From positions 30,628,001-30,692,000 of the forward strand of contig OZ231126.1 of assembly GCA_965153355.1 (NCBI GenBank): 64,000 nt of DNA, in the 5' to 3' direction. Under the pieces are notes generated by a model that saw only the letters and a list, made by a program, of their open reading frames with translations, had not been told where the DNA came from and ran no database searches. Of this stretch, positions 13,480-26,398 are shown in pieces; the first letter of the stretch is position 1; every line of letters starts with the position of its first letter. This DNA is from Flaccisagitta enflata (lineage: Eukaryota). The translations under genes and the position numbers were made by a program.

Positions 13480-16426
13480 CGCACACACACACACTGTCGA
13501 AAAAAGAGAAGATCTTGACGGAATGAAACGCGGCACCATGAAAGCTGAGCGACTCAAGGAATGCACATGTATTATGTTGGAAAAAAAACAAATTGTATTT
13601 CTTTTAAGTGTTTATAGAAGTCCCCGTGATTGTTTCTGCAAGAACTTGCAATGATTAAAAAAAGAGCATCCAAAAATTAGCCCCAACCTCATCTTCCTTA
13701 CTTCGCCTTGAAACTCTTCAGCTTCTCTTCTTCTCTTGATGATTGAGAACTGATTTCATTGTGAACCGCACTCTGCAATTCACTTTAACTTGCCTCTTTT
13801 GAATTTTTTTCAAATTTTAAGATTTTTTTTACATGAAAGATTTAGAATAACTTAAAAAAATTAAAATGAATAATATAAAATGTCTTAAAAAAACAAAAAT
13901 AACATAATTTATTAAAATGATAAAAACAATTTAAAATGCCTCAAAATAACTTTGAACTTAAAATGACCTAGAATGATAAGATGACAAAAACAGTAACAAT
14001 AACCAAAATGACAAAAATGACTAAAATGACTAAAATGACAAAAATGACAAAAATCACAAGTTATAAAAGTGACAAATTATAAAAGTGACAAAAATGACAA
14101 AAAAAGCTAAAATGAAAAAAAAATTTTAAAGGACTTAAAATAACCTTAAATGACTTTACATAATATAGATAACAAAATTGACTTAAAAGATTATTTTTTT
14201 ATATATCCCTTAACTTACCTTTATTTTCATTATCGTCATCATAGAGATATATCTTTATCTTTATTTAAAAAGATTTATCTATGTCGTATTGATATTCATA
14301 ATCTTTATTTATTATGATCAAACTGAATAGCAGTTAACATTCTATGGCGAATGCCACTGGTTTACACAAACTTGGATGCTAGAATCGATGATGATCCCTG
14401 TTTTGGCTCAACGCGATCCGGGCTCGCCATAAGCGGAAACGGATCGCTGAGTTGCAATTAGGTTTCCATGCGGATTTACGCAATGGCTAGGCTGGCCAAA
14501 ACTGGACCATGACACTATATATCGGGGTTCCCTATTTAATTCTCCACAGAGTGATGTAAAAATTTCCGTGGTAAAAGGCGGCAATTAAAATGTTATGGAT
14601 CGAGTTAGTTATAGCAGTCTCCTAAAAATTACCAAGGATGGCTGAGATGGTACCAGAGGTGGCCTGACCACCCTTCATAAAATTTTGCCATCCCTATCTA
14701 ATCTCAAACCCTAAAATCAATGTAATACTGCCATCTCTTTAATTGATGCCATTCTACCTTGGCCACCCCTCTTGTCAAATTACAAAGGGAGACTGCTATT
14801 ACAAACTTCAGCCTTTTTTTTTTCTCCCATAGGGATGTACAGTTAAACCCCGATATAACAGATCCAAGATCCAGATCCAAGATTCAATTCTGGATTACCC
14901 TCGATCGAAACTCGTGTGTTTCCATTCTCCCTTGGGGAGAAAACGTGTGACGCTTTGACAAAAAAGAGAAACTAGTACTTAAGAACTTCTTTTATGATCA
15001 AGAAAATGCTTGTTTCATTCAAGCATTCATTCATTCATTCATTCATTCTTTCATTCATTCATTCCTTCATTCATTCATTCATTCATTCATTCATTCATTC
15101 ATTTTTCAATCCACGAGGCGCACATCTTGGCCAAATCTTGCTCGTTTAGAGGACCTCGTTTTTTTTTCTTTTAAGAAGGGTGCACCACACAGAAATCCAT
15201 GAATATTAGGTTTTTCACTGTTTTAGCTAATATTGGTTATTTTTTTACTGGTAAACTCATCATGACACTTCCCCTTGCTACTATTATGGTTCATGTTTGA
15301 ACTCCAATAGGCAATTTAGAGTTTTTAGTGGCTAGTGCTTGATAAATTTTACTTTTTTACACATAGCCACAATTGTCTAGCTCAATTTTAAACTTCAATT
15401 ATGGATAAAATAGAGCAATCAGTACCACCGCCACTTATCTTTTAGTGATACAACATCATGAAAAGCAATCATGGCAAAAAATGAGAAAAATCGCCGCTGT
15501 CAGAGTGCTGCAACTGAATAAAACGTGTATGAAAGAGTTTTTTTAGCATTTTTTCATCTTTGAAACAGTCTCACTGTACCCTAGCCAAATCGCTAAAATG
15601 ACCTTTTGTTTTGATTCAATTTAGAGGTCAAGGTGTTGTCGCTTTAGTTTAGGATGTTCTATGCTACAGAAATCAACATAAGAACACCGTTTTTCAATTC
15701 ATTTGACCGCTTGTCATGACCAATCAAAAATAGAGTATAATGCACTAAGAACTAAGAATTCTTTTGAAATGAATAGTTCGAGTTAACTCATGTGACATAT
15801 TTTGATCATGCACTTTATGTAAAATCTACCTCTGTTAACTGCCACTAAATGAGATTGAGTGAAACCCCAAGTACTCCAATGTCAGACAACATTTTTTGTT
15901 ACTTTGTGGTTACTATAAAAACCAAAATAGACCCGGGCTACATCCGGGTTTGGGCCCATACGAAACTGAATGTCATGGCTCCTATTTTGGCCCATGCGAA
16001 CCCGAATTGAGCCCGAAGAAAAAAATGTCATACACAAGGCCTTATTCAACAGTTGCATTCAATGCCTTTTTTCGCTAAATAAGAACCACTCGAGACTGTG
16101 AATCTAAGACGCAATTTATTAAGCATTTTGTCATCAAAACAAGGCCGGATACACAGCTACCCCAGTCGCGTGCGGGTGGGCAGGGGCCATAATTGGGTCA
16201 GTGGAACATTTGGGCAGGAGCAATAAGGCCAAAACCCCCATTAACGCCGAAAAAGTAATGAAGTGTGACGGGCGGATGGACGACCGGCGGACGTCGGACG
16301 GACCGACCTGGCGGACCTGGACAGACTGACCGATAAAGCGGGGTGTGGGGTCGCGACTAAAAAAGAGAGCGACGGGAGAAGATTTGGCGCTCATCCATTT
16401 GCCGCTAAGTGTACGATAGTAGTAAG

Positions 16427-16476
<50 letters not shown>

Positions 16477-17943
16477 GAGGAGCAGACGGAGTGGATGAAG
16501 AGGATGGACCAAAGCGATTTTTTTAGTCGCGGACTAGCGATTCTATAAGAGGCTTTGTTCGTCCGTCGGTCCATTCGAAGTGGCGATCGAGTCGAGGTGC
16601 AAAAACGTGCCTTTCTGCCTCTGCCCACCCGTTTGCAAATATTATTGGCCGTGTATCTGACCTTATTCTAAAAAGAATGATATTTTTTTGTGTGTGAACA
16701 TAACCTTTTAGAGATTCATTTATCTGTTTTCATTCATCTAACGGGTCATCAACCCATAGTATAATGCAGAGGCATGAGATAGAGAGGATAAAATGGGCAG
16801 TCGGCAGCTAGCAGAGTCGGCAGATGTCTGAGTCGGCAGAGGGCAGGATACGGAACCTGATAAAATGGTCTGATTCGGCAGACGGCAGGATCGGCAGTCG
16901 GCAGCAGACAGAAATTAGAAAAGAGATAAGAGAGAGTCGGCAGTCGGCAGGATTGGCAGTCGGCAGCAGACAGAATTAAAAGAGAGATGAGAGAGAGTCG
17001 GCAGTCGGCAGGATCGGCAGTCGGCAGCAGACAGAATTAAAAGAGAGATAAGAGAGAGTCGGCAGTCGGCAGAGTCGGCAGTCAGCAGCAGACAGAATGA
17101 AAAGAGAGATAAGAGGAGTCGGCAGTCGGCAGAGTCGGCAGTCGGCAGCAGACAGAAATGAAGGAGACAAAAGAGAGTCGGCAGTCGGCAGAGTCGGCAG
17201 CAAACAGAAATGAGGGAGAAAAAAGAGAGTCGGCAGTCGGCAGAGTCGGCAGTCGGCAGCAGACAGAATTGAGGGAGAGAAAAGAGAGAGTCGGCAGTCG
17301 GCAGAGTCGGCAGTCGGCAGCAGACAGAAATGAAGGAGACAAAAGAGAGTCGGCAGTCGGCAGAGTCGGCAGTTGGCAGCTGACAAAAATGAAGGAGACA
17401 AAAGAGTTGGCAGTCGGCAGAGTCGGCAGTCGGCAGCATATAGAAATGAATAAGACAAAAGAGAGTCGGCAGTCGGCAGAGTCGGCAGTCGGCAGCATAT
17501 ATACATAAGGAAATAGACAAAGTCGGAATTGGCAGAATCGGCAGAGGCTGGAGACAAAGAAGCAAGAGGCAGGAGCAGGAGAGAGATAAGGAATAGACAA
17601 AGTCGGCATCGGCAGAATCGGCAAAGGCAGGAGAAATGGATATGAGAATAGACAGTCGGCATTGGCAGAATCGGCAGAGGCAGGAGACAGATAAGGGAAT
17701 AGACTGAGTTGGTATCTGCAGAATCAGCAGGGGCAGGAGACATAGAGTTAAAGGGTGGGAGCATAACCATTCCTACCTGGGTACGTAAAAGGATGGAGTT
17801 GGTAAACTACCAGGACTTAGGAGGGATAGAATAATGAGTTAAATTGTCAACCATGGTACCAACTAATAAGGAATGGTATTAATCAAAGGCAGGGGCAAAG
17901 GACAGGCTCATTCCGGCTAATACCCCAGCCCCCAGGTTGGCAT
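12598..17943. mobile_element. 5.3-kb foldback-like element with ~36-bp TIRs and CTGCCGACT-type subterminal repeat arrays
   Basis: ATGCCAACCTGGGGGCTAGGGCATTAGCCGGAATGA (12598) pairs with TCATTCCGGCTAATACCCCAGCCCCCAGGTTGGCAT (ends 17943). (CTGCCGACT)n at about 12880-13300 is mirrored by (AGTCGGCAG)n at about 16790-17740. Both flanks are (AAAGTG)-type repeats. Confidence 0.75.
16138..16362 (-). mobile_element. DINE-1/Helentron-like element copy
   Basis: AACAAGGCCGGATACAC...AGTCGCGTGCGGGTGGGCAGGGGC...(GACC/GACG)n...GTCGCGACTAAAAA. Confidence 0.7.
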
Positions 17944-19679
17944 TGAGTCAAAGTGAAAAGTGAAAAATGAAAAATGAAGAGTGAAAAATGAAAAAAATCA
18001 TTATTAATAGTTAATATATTATATAATATTTTTTCTGTCTTTAGTTTTTTTTCAAATGATCACAAAAAAATCCATAGTGAGTAAGAAAAGATGGACAAAA
18101 AAGTGACAGCGATGACCAACAATTATACTGCCTCAAATAACGCCATATAGACAAAAAATGGCGTTACGTTGCCATGGGAGAATACCGGAAATGGCGTTAC
18201 TACAGAAGTCGTTATGCAATGGGTTGGTGGTACCTGTGCCCTGCTTGAGTAGTGTGTGATTTGAGTTGAAGGGAAGCAGGGCAGCGGCCTCCAAGGGGAC
18301 AAAGTCCTGTAGAACACAGGAGAATCTGCCCGTCTTTCCATCCATCAGCCGTCCGTTCTACACAAAGCCCAATTCTAAGCAATGTGGCCCAAATATAAGC
18401 AAAATGGCTCAAATCAAGCATAATATTTAAATTCAAGCAAAATGGTCCTAATCTGGTCAGAACCTAGATATCAGAGGCTACAATATAGGTCTAATGGGCC
18501 AAAACGATAGACCCAAGGCCAGTAATGGGGTTTCTGGCTATATTTGGGCCATTTTGCTTGAATTTAGGCCATTCTGCTTGGATTTGGGCCATTTTGCTAA
18601 GATTTGGGCCATATTACTTGGATTTGGAGAGTTTGGGTCAGAATGAGTCCCAAAGGAGACAAAGCCCTGATGGGGGGAACGGACAGACGGATGGACGTAT
18701 GGATGGACAGATTCCCCCTGTGTTCTAGAGGACTTTGTCCCCTTTGAGCGCTTCTTACGCTCAGTTTCAGCCACGCATGGACTGACCGAGCCACCGACAA
18801 AGCAGGGTGTTGAGTCATGTAGCACTTGACTAGCAAGTCACAAGGCCCTCTTCCATTTCATTCAGTTTGGTATTAGAGTGGGTTCAATTTGGGCATTCGA
18901 ATGAATCATTATTTCCATGCATTTTCATGTTCTATTTGCATATTAAGAGCCTAATCTCATTGGAAAATTGATCTGGACTTGATCTAGGCACTCCATCATT
19001 AATGCTGTAGTTGTATAGAATTACTATGAAGTTGGACAACATTCTTACTCAACCCAATTTAAGCAAAGGACAAGAGCCTTTGGAGCTCTCAATGGTGTTT
19101 AATCCGGACTTATCACAACTATTCTTATATTTTCTGTTTGAAACTCCCCTTTCCAGAATTGATCATAAGTTCCTTCAAAAGTCATGTATCATTTAGAAAA
19201 TTGTTACCAATTTCCGCCCAAATTTGAGATGGAACAAATTTCTCTCATTACTCGAGGAATCAATTCAATACAACTACAGCATTGAATCCCACTATCGGAT
19301 TTCAAGAAACTAACTAATCGTATCAGTTAAAGATTCTGGTAGCACAATTATAGGAAACTGTAGGCCACAGGGGTTAATTTTCAGACATCCGTCCATCTGT
19401 CTATCCCTCTGTCCATCCATCCACCTGTCTGCCCAACCATCACCCCAAAGACCCTCCGGGCCTCAAATCAGCACTCTCAGGCCTGATTTTTGCCCTACAA
19501 GCCCTTGAGTTAGCCTATTTAATTCTCAATTTGGCCATAAAGACCTAAAATCAGCTCTCCAGACCTCAAATTTGCCCTCCAGATCTAAAATCAGCTCTCC
19601 AGGCCTCAAATATGCCCTTTCAGCTACAAACATGCCCCCACCCCCCAACCTCAAATTAGCTCTATAGGTTAATATTTTT

Positions 19680-20097
19680 TTCACAGACATTTTCTGGTAA
19701 AATCTGAAATTGACAGTAACAACTATCAACTCATTATTTATGAGGATTCCAAAACTGGTCCCAGAATTTTGATTATCCGCTTTTTCATTTTTGACCTCAC
19801 GTGAGGTCAGATTGGGGTCACTTGTGACCTTTGACCCCAATTTTGACCCACTTAAAATGAGAAGTTAAAAAAAAAGAAAGTACTATTTTGCTACTTTTTT
19901 GAGAGGAATCCAAATCTGCAATCAGATTTTAATTTTGAAAACTTTGAAATTTTGACCCCCGTGGGGGATCATACTTTGACCCCCTGACCTTTGACCCCCT
20001 TGGACTTACACTTCCCGAACATTTTTTGACAAAACAAACATGTAGCATTGAAGCTCATGGACAGTACTTGAGAATGGTACAACGGAGAAATGACATT
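19680..20097 (-). mobile_element. Inverted copy of the 9620-10040 repeat
   Basis: Reverse-complement match by eye over about 420 bp. Confidence 0.85.
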
Positions 20098-20157
20098 TAT
20101 CCCATAGTCAGTGGCCTAGAATGAATTGGAATGACTTGAGAAAATAAAATTGATGAA

Positions 20158-20396
20158 AACAAGGCCGGATACACGGCTACCCTAGTCGCGTGCGGGTGGG
20201 CAGGGGCCATATTGGAGATTAGTGGCGCATTTGGGCAGGAGCGGTATAGCCAAAATCCCCATAAACGCCGAAAAAGTAAAGTACAGTGTGGCGGACTGAT
20301 GGACCGACGGACCGACGGACCCGATGGACCAGCGGACAGCGGACCCGACCGGACCGACAAAAAGCGAAGGTGTAAGTCGCGTAGCGCGACACAAAA
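20158..20396 (-). mobile_element. DINE-1/Helentron-like element copy
   Basis: Same ends and hairpin (AGTCGCGTAGCGCGAC) as the other family members. Confidence 0.7.
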
Positions 20397-22398
20397 ATAA
20401 AAAATGTGACGACCAACCAGCAAGTGACGGCGCGGGCCGGAAGGATAGTGGACAGACCGAGCAAGCGGGATGTAGAGTAACGTGCACACGACTATTGATA
20501 ACAGCTGCGTTTCTATGGCAGCTGCCCATAATGGAGAATGAAACATCCTTTTTTTCTCATTTCTAAAAATCAATTTAACAGCTTTATTTTTTAGTCGCCA
20601 ACACGCGACTCTACACCTTGCCTTATTGGTTGGAAGGTCGGTCGGAATGTCCGTCTAAAACATTTTTAAATTGGGAGTTGTTTTCGCATTACTGCTCCTA
20701 CCCAACCGTCCGCGACTGGATTGCCGTGTATCCGGCGTTGTTTCCCCATTATGCTTGCCCGTATCATCCCACGTCTTAACAAAATATATACTGAATCTTC
20801 CACAATTTCCAATGATCTAATAAACAAAGCAGAATGGCATGGCAATGGGAGAAATAACATTTTGAAAAAGCTTAAAAAATGGTTTCCTTCATTTTTTGCA
20901 TGCTCCGCGCCTAAGGGTTTAGGGTTCTCACTGCAGTGAGATTTGAACTTTTAAATCAATTCGCGGAGATCCATAGAATGAGATATTGATAATGGCGGTA
21001 AGATAAAAGCAATGTATTCTGACTCAACATAATGATGATGTAGTCACCCTCTGTTACTGTCATCCATAAGACGGCGAGCATCTGACGGCAAGATTTAGTG
21101 TGTCAACAGAATATAGAAATAGAATATAGAAAATTCTATGAAAATGAAAATAAAGAATAACATGAAAAAAATCATTGAAGTATATCATAATGGATATTTT
21201 ATTACAAAAAGATTTGGAATTAAGTAGGAAAAAGCTAGTAGAGCTATCAATAGCAGAATGTATTCACTAGAAAATATTCAAAGTGTGTTTGTTCATGATG
21301 AGGAACTGTTAAAATTATAAGCTTAGAAAAAATGAAACAAAACCAATCCCAGTCGGGCGGATTGGGCGAGGCGGTAATTCAAGAACCCGTCAACGCAAGT
21401 TTAGAAATATTTGTGACGGACGGACAGACGGACCGACCGACACGGTAGAGTATAGAGTCGCGTGTCCGCGACTAAAGCACAAAAATGAAGAACATAGCCG
21501 CCTTCCTAAATTGATTTTGAAGGCGGCTATGTTTTTAAAAATGCAAAATTTCTCTGCTTTTGAGAGTCTTATAATTTTAACAGCAGCAAAAAGAAAAAAA
21601 TGTATGCAAAATTTTTTTAAAACTCCTTTTTTCTTTGCTTTTCTCATGTGAATTGCCAATTTAAAGGTTCTTTTGAGGTCAGCATATGACAAAGACAAAC
21701 ACACAGAGTATTTCTGGAGGTAATTTGTCTCATGAAAATATTTTTGGCATCATTATTTTTCAACTATAGTTGAAAAAATGGGGTGAAACACTGTGTGTTG
21801 CCATCAAATGCTTGCCGTCATAGTGATCCATTACGCTGTTGTTAACTTCGGTGCTGTTGTCTACAATATGATGAAAAACCATTTCCATGAAAACTAAAAA
21901 GTCTTCCCAGGTCGAGATTGCGCATAATTCTATGAATACTAACTGAAAAATAAAAATCTTCACTCACGTTTTTGTCGATATCTCATAAATGGCTCGACCA
22001 ATTCTAGAATCGAAGCCCTTCAAATTTCCAAGCGATCTGTGCAAACCGCATCTTTTTAGCTCAATAGGTTTGAAATTTTTTTCACTTTGAATGAAATGAT
22101 CCTGTTAGAAAATTTCATATAACATCTATAGAATTCAGACTGAAAGTAACCTCTGAACAAAAATATAAACTAGTCATCCAAGGATCGCACATGGTCAGCG
22201 GTACCCCAAGGGCCGATGTCCTGTAGAACACAGGGGGGAATTTCGAGACGTCCGTCCGTCCTTCCGTCCTGAAGGGGCAAATTTCAGGTTTTAGATGGCT
22301 GATTAAGGCCACTGAAGGCATATTTGGGGCCGCTGCCCAAAAAGCATACTTTTAGTTGGCCTAATGAGATGAAATTTTTACTGAATTAAGGACAGGGT

Positions 22399-25015
22399 TA
22401 AAACCTCAAGCGTAAAAGTGCTCCTTTCTTATAACGCTAACCCTAACCCTAACCTTAACCCGCGACGCTCATGAGCGGGTGCATGTCGCTCACTTACTGA
22501 AACATTAACCCTAACCTCCAAACCCTAACCCTAACCTCCAAACCCTAACCCTAACCTTATTTGACTTCACTTTGGGGTATATGAGTTAAGGTTGAGGAGT
22601 TAGGAGTTGAGATTGACTTCACTGTTGAGGTATATGTTGCGGGTTAGGGTTAGGGTTAAACTTCACTTTGGAGGTTTATGTTGCGGGTTAGGGTAAGGAT
22701 TAGTGGTTAGGGTTTAAACCTCGGGCATTAAAAGTGCTATACTTTCTTATAACATAACCTAACCCCTAACCTTAACCCGCGGCAGCTCATGAGAAACTGG
22801 GTGCATATCATCATACTGAAACATTAACCCTAACCTCCAAACCCTAACCCTAACCTCCAAACCCTAAACCTAACCTTATTTGACTTCACTTTGAAGGTAT
22901 ATGGGTTAGGGTTAAAGCCAAAGTTAAGGTTGTGTTTCTTGTGTTAGGGTTAGGTTGCAGGTTAGGGTTAGGGTTAGGGTTAAGCTTCACTCCAGAGGTT
23001 TATGTTGCGGGTTAGGGTTAGCGTTAGAGTTGGGGTTTGACTTCACTTTGGAGGTATATGTTGAGTTGGGAGTTGGGGTTGAGGTTGGGGTTGGAGTGGA
23101 GAGGTTGGGTTAGGGTTTGGTTAACCCTAACCCGTTTAAACTAGTGAATTAGGGTTTAAACCTCAGGAGTAAAAGTGCTATACTTTCTTATTACGCTAAC
23201 CCTAACCCTAACCTTAACCCGCGAAGCTCATGAGCGGGTGCATGTCGCTCACTTACTGAAGTGTGCCTAGCATAAAGCCCCTAACCTATCAAACCTAACC
23301 TAACCTATTTTAGCTTCACTTTGGAGGGTATATGAGTTGAGGTTAGGGTTAAGTTAAGTTTATTCCTGTTTTGGTATATGTTGCGGGTTAAGGTTGGGTG
23401 GGTTAAACTTCACACTGAGAGTTTATGTTGCAGGTTAGGTTAGCGTTAGGGGTTAGGGTTTGACTTCACTTTGAGGTATATGTTGCGGGTTAGGGTTAGG
23501 GTTGAGGGTTAGGGTTGGAGTGGAGAGGTTAGGGTTAGGGTTTGGGTTAACCAACCCGTTTAAATAGTGAATGGTTTAAACCTCAAGCGTAAAAAAAAGT
23601 GCTATACTTTCTTATAACGCTAACCCTAACCCTAACACTTAACACGCTCATGAGCAGGTGCATGTCGCTCACTTACTGAAACATTAACCTAACCTCAAGC
23701 CTAACCTAACCTCCAAACTCCTAACCTAACTATTTTGACTTCACTTTGGGTATATGAGTTCAGGTTAGGAATTAAGATTAGGGACGACTTGTGTTTTGAG
23801 GTATATGTTGCGGGTTAGGGTTAGGGTTGGGTTAGGCTTCACTTTAAGAGTTTATGTTGCAGGTTAAGTTAGCGTTGAGATTTAGGAGGTTTGACTTCCC
23901 CTTTGGAGGTATATATTGCGGGTTAGGGTTAGGGTTGAGGGTTAGGGTTGGGTGGAGAGGTTGAGGTTAGGGTTTGGGTTAACCCTAACCCGTTTAGGTA
24001 AGTGAATGGGTTTGACTTCACTTTGGAGGTATATGTTGTGAAAATTATTGCTTTCCAAAATAGCAAAATATAATAGTTTATTGTGAGTGAAAACCAAATT
24101 TTGTCTTCATTTGCACCCCGACTTAAGCGGTTCATTATTTTGGGTTAGTAATGGGGTTTGAACTAAAAGCGTTATAGTGCTATACTTTCTTATAACGCTA
24201 ACCCTAACCCGCGACACTCAAGAGCGGGTGCATGTCGCTCACTTACTGAAACATCAACCCTAACCTCCAAACCCTAACCCTAACCTCAACCTAACTAACC
24301 ATAGTTTTGACTTCACTTTGGAGGTATATGTTGCAGGTTAGGGTTAGGGTTAAGGTTTAACTTCTGTTTTGAGGTATATGTTGTGAGTTAGGGTTAGGGT
24401 TAGGGTTAAACTTCACTTTAGAGGTTTATGTTGCGGGTTAGGGTTAGCGTTAAGGTTAGAGTTTTACTTCACTTTGGAGGTATATGTGCCGGGTTAGGGT
24501 TAGGGTTGAGGTTAGGGTTGGAGTGGAGCTGGTCTAATGGTTTAAGTCTGCTGGTTTTAGTCTGCTGGTTAAAATGATATTAAAGATTAATTCTGGTTTA
24601 AACCTCAAGCGTAAAAGTGCTATACTTTCTTATAACGCTAACCCTAACCCTAACCTTAACCCGTGACAACTATGAGCAGGTGCATATCGCTCCTTACTGA
24701 AGCAGTAACCTAACCTCCAAGCCTAGCCTAACCTCCAAACCTAACCCTAACCTATTTGACTTCACTTTGGAGGTATATGGGTTAGGGTTAGGGTTAGGGT
24801 TTGACTTCCTTTTTCAGGTATATGTTGCAGGTTAGGGTTAAGGTTGGGGTTAAAGTTCACTTTAGAGGTTTATGTTGCGAGTTAGGGTTTGAGTTAAGTT
24901 TTGACTTCACTTTGGAGGTATATGTTGCAGGTTAGGGTTAGGGTTGAGGGTTAGGGTTGGAGTGGAGAGTTAGGAGTTGGGGTTGAGTTATTCTTGAATT
25001 TCCAAATAGTGATGG
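22399..25015. repeat. Tandem array of six 315-585-bp units containing inverted telomere-like (CCCTAA)n / (TTAGGG)n tracts
   Basis: The unit start AAACCTCAAGCGTAAAAGTGCTATACTTTCTTATAACGCTAACCCTAACC occurs at about 22401, 22716, 23158, 23578, 24160 and 24600. Each unit has a C-rich half then a G-rich half. Confidence 0.92.
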
Positions 25016-25794
25016 GTTGAAAATACTTAATATTTCCAGACTTCATACTTCAAAGTTCATCTTATTAGGCCAACTAGAAGCATGCTTTTTGGGCAGCGTT
25101 CCCGAAGGGATCAATGACCTATGCTTTCACATATGGGGAAATTTTTCCTTCTCCTTCTCCTTCTCCCCCTCCTTTGTCCCCCCCCCCGCCCCCCAAACCT
25201 CCAGGCCAATATCTCAGCCTCGAGGCCCATATCCCAGCCTTGAGGCCCATATCCCAAATCCCTCCCTCAAGGTCCAAATCCCAGCCTTGAGGCTAATTCC
25301 CATCTTCAAGGCCCACAATCTCGCCTCAAGGGATTTGGACCTTGAGGCCAACAGGCTGGGATATGGGCGTCGAGGCTGAGATGTGGGCCTGGAGGTTGGG
25401 GGTGGGGTACGGAGGAGAAGGAGATGGAAAAACTTCCCCATATGTGAAAGCATAGGTCATCATCTGACCCCTTGCGGGCAGCTGCCCTGCTCCCCCCTCA
25501 ACTACAACCATACAGGGTAGCCTGCAATGCCTGGCGGGACTTGGGTCCCGAGGCCCCGACATGCCGGGACCTCATCTTGTCCCGAATTCCCGGGACCCAA
25601 TGCCTATCCCGGCCCTCTGCCTCCTCCTCCTCCTCCTTCTCCTCCTTCTCCGTGGAAATAGTTTGTTTTTCCATATCTTTTCTTTCATTCACGGGAAATA
25701 CTCTGTGATCATTTTAGAATTACAAAAAAAAATGATAGCTTTTACTAATAGATTGACTTAACTTTTAAAAAAAATTTTTTTAGAAGTTTCTCAT

Positions 25795-25974
25795 TTTTAG
25801 TCGCGTGCCCGCGACTCTACAACCCGCTTTGTCCGTCGGTTGGGTCGGTCCGTCACATTTTACTTTTTTTATGATTTTTTTTTACCTCACTGCTCCTGCC
25901 CAAATGGTCTAGTGACCTCAAATATGGCCCCTGCCCACCCGCACGCGACTTCGGTAGCCGTATCCGGCCTTGTT
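25795..25974 (+). mobile_element. DINE-1/Helentron-like element copy
   Basis: TTTTTAGTCGCGTGCCCGCGACTCTAC...GTCCGTCGG...CACGCGACT...CCGGCCTTGTT. Confidence 0.72.
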
Positions 25975-26301
25975 TACTTTTTGTATTTCATTTCAGCTCT
26001 TCATTCTTTTTTTTTTTTGTTTTTTTTTAATTTTTAAAGATATTCTGTATTGCTTTTGTTTTTCTGGTACTTTGATTTGTTTTATATTTTATATTTGCTG
26101 TTATTGTCATTTTTTGCATCTTTTGTTTTTTTTTCTATTTCTTTCACTTCTTTCAAATTCATTTGACTGTACATTTCAGTAAAACATTTGAATAGATTTT
26201 TTGTTATGAAATAATTTAACAACATATTTCAAAATGATTGATTATTCTTCCATTGAATTCTCGAATTATTCATATGTAATGAATTATTCTTTTTCCTCAC
26301 T

Positions 26302-26398
<97 letters not shown>

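Noticed and set aside
12915-17770. ORFs with LPT/SAD/GRV repeats
   Set aside because: They derive from the CTGCCGACT subterminal arrays of the foldback element.
21760-22105. Possible minus-strand exons (CAG..GTGAGT) and a 67-aa ORF
   Set aside because: The implied intron would be only about 20 bp, no domain is recognisable, and the sequence looks MITE-like.
22399-25015. True telomere, single end-to-end fusion site, or telomerase RNA gene
   Set aside because: The repeats are short, interspersed with other motifs and switch strand in every unit; no unique RNA-gene context is visible.
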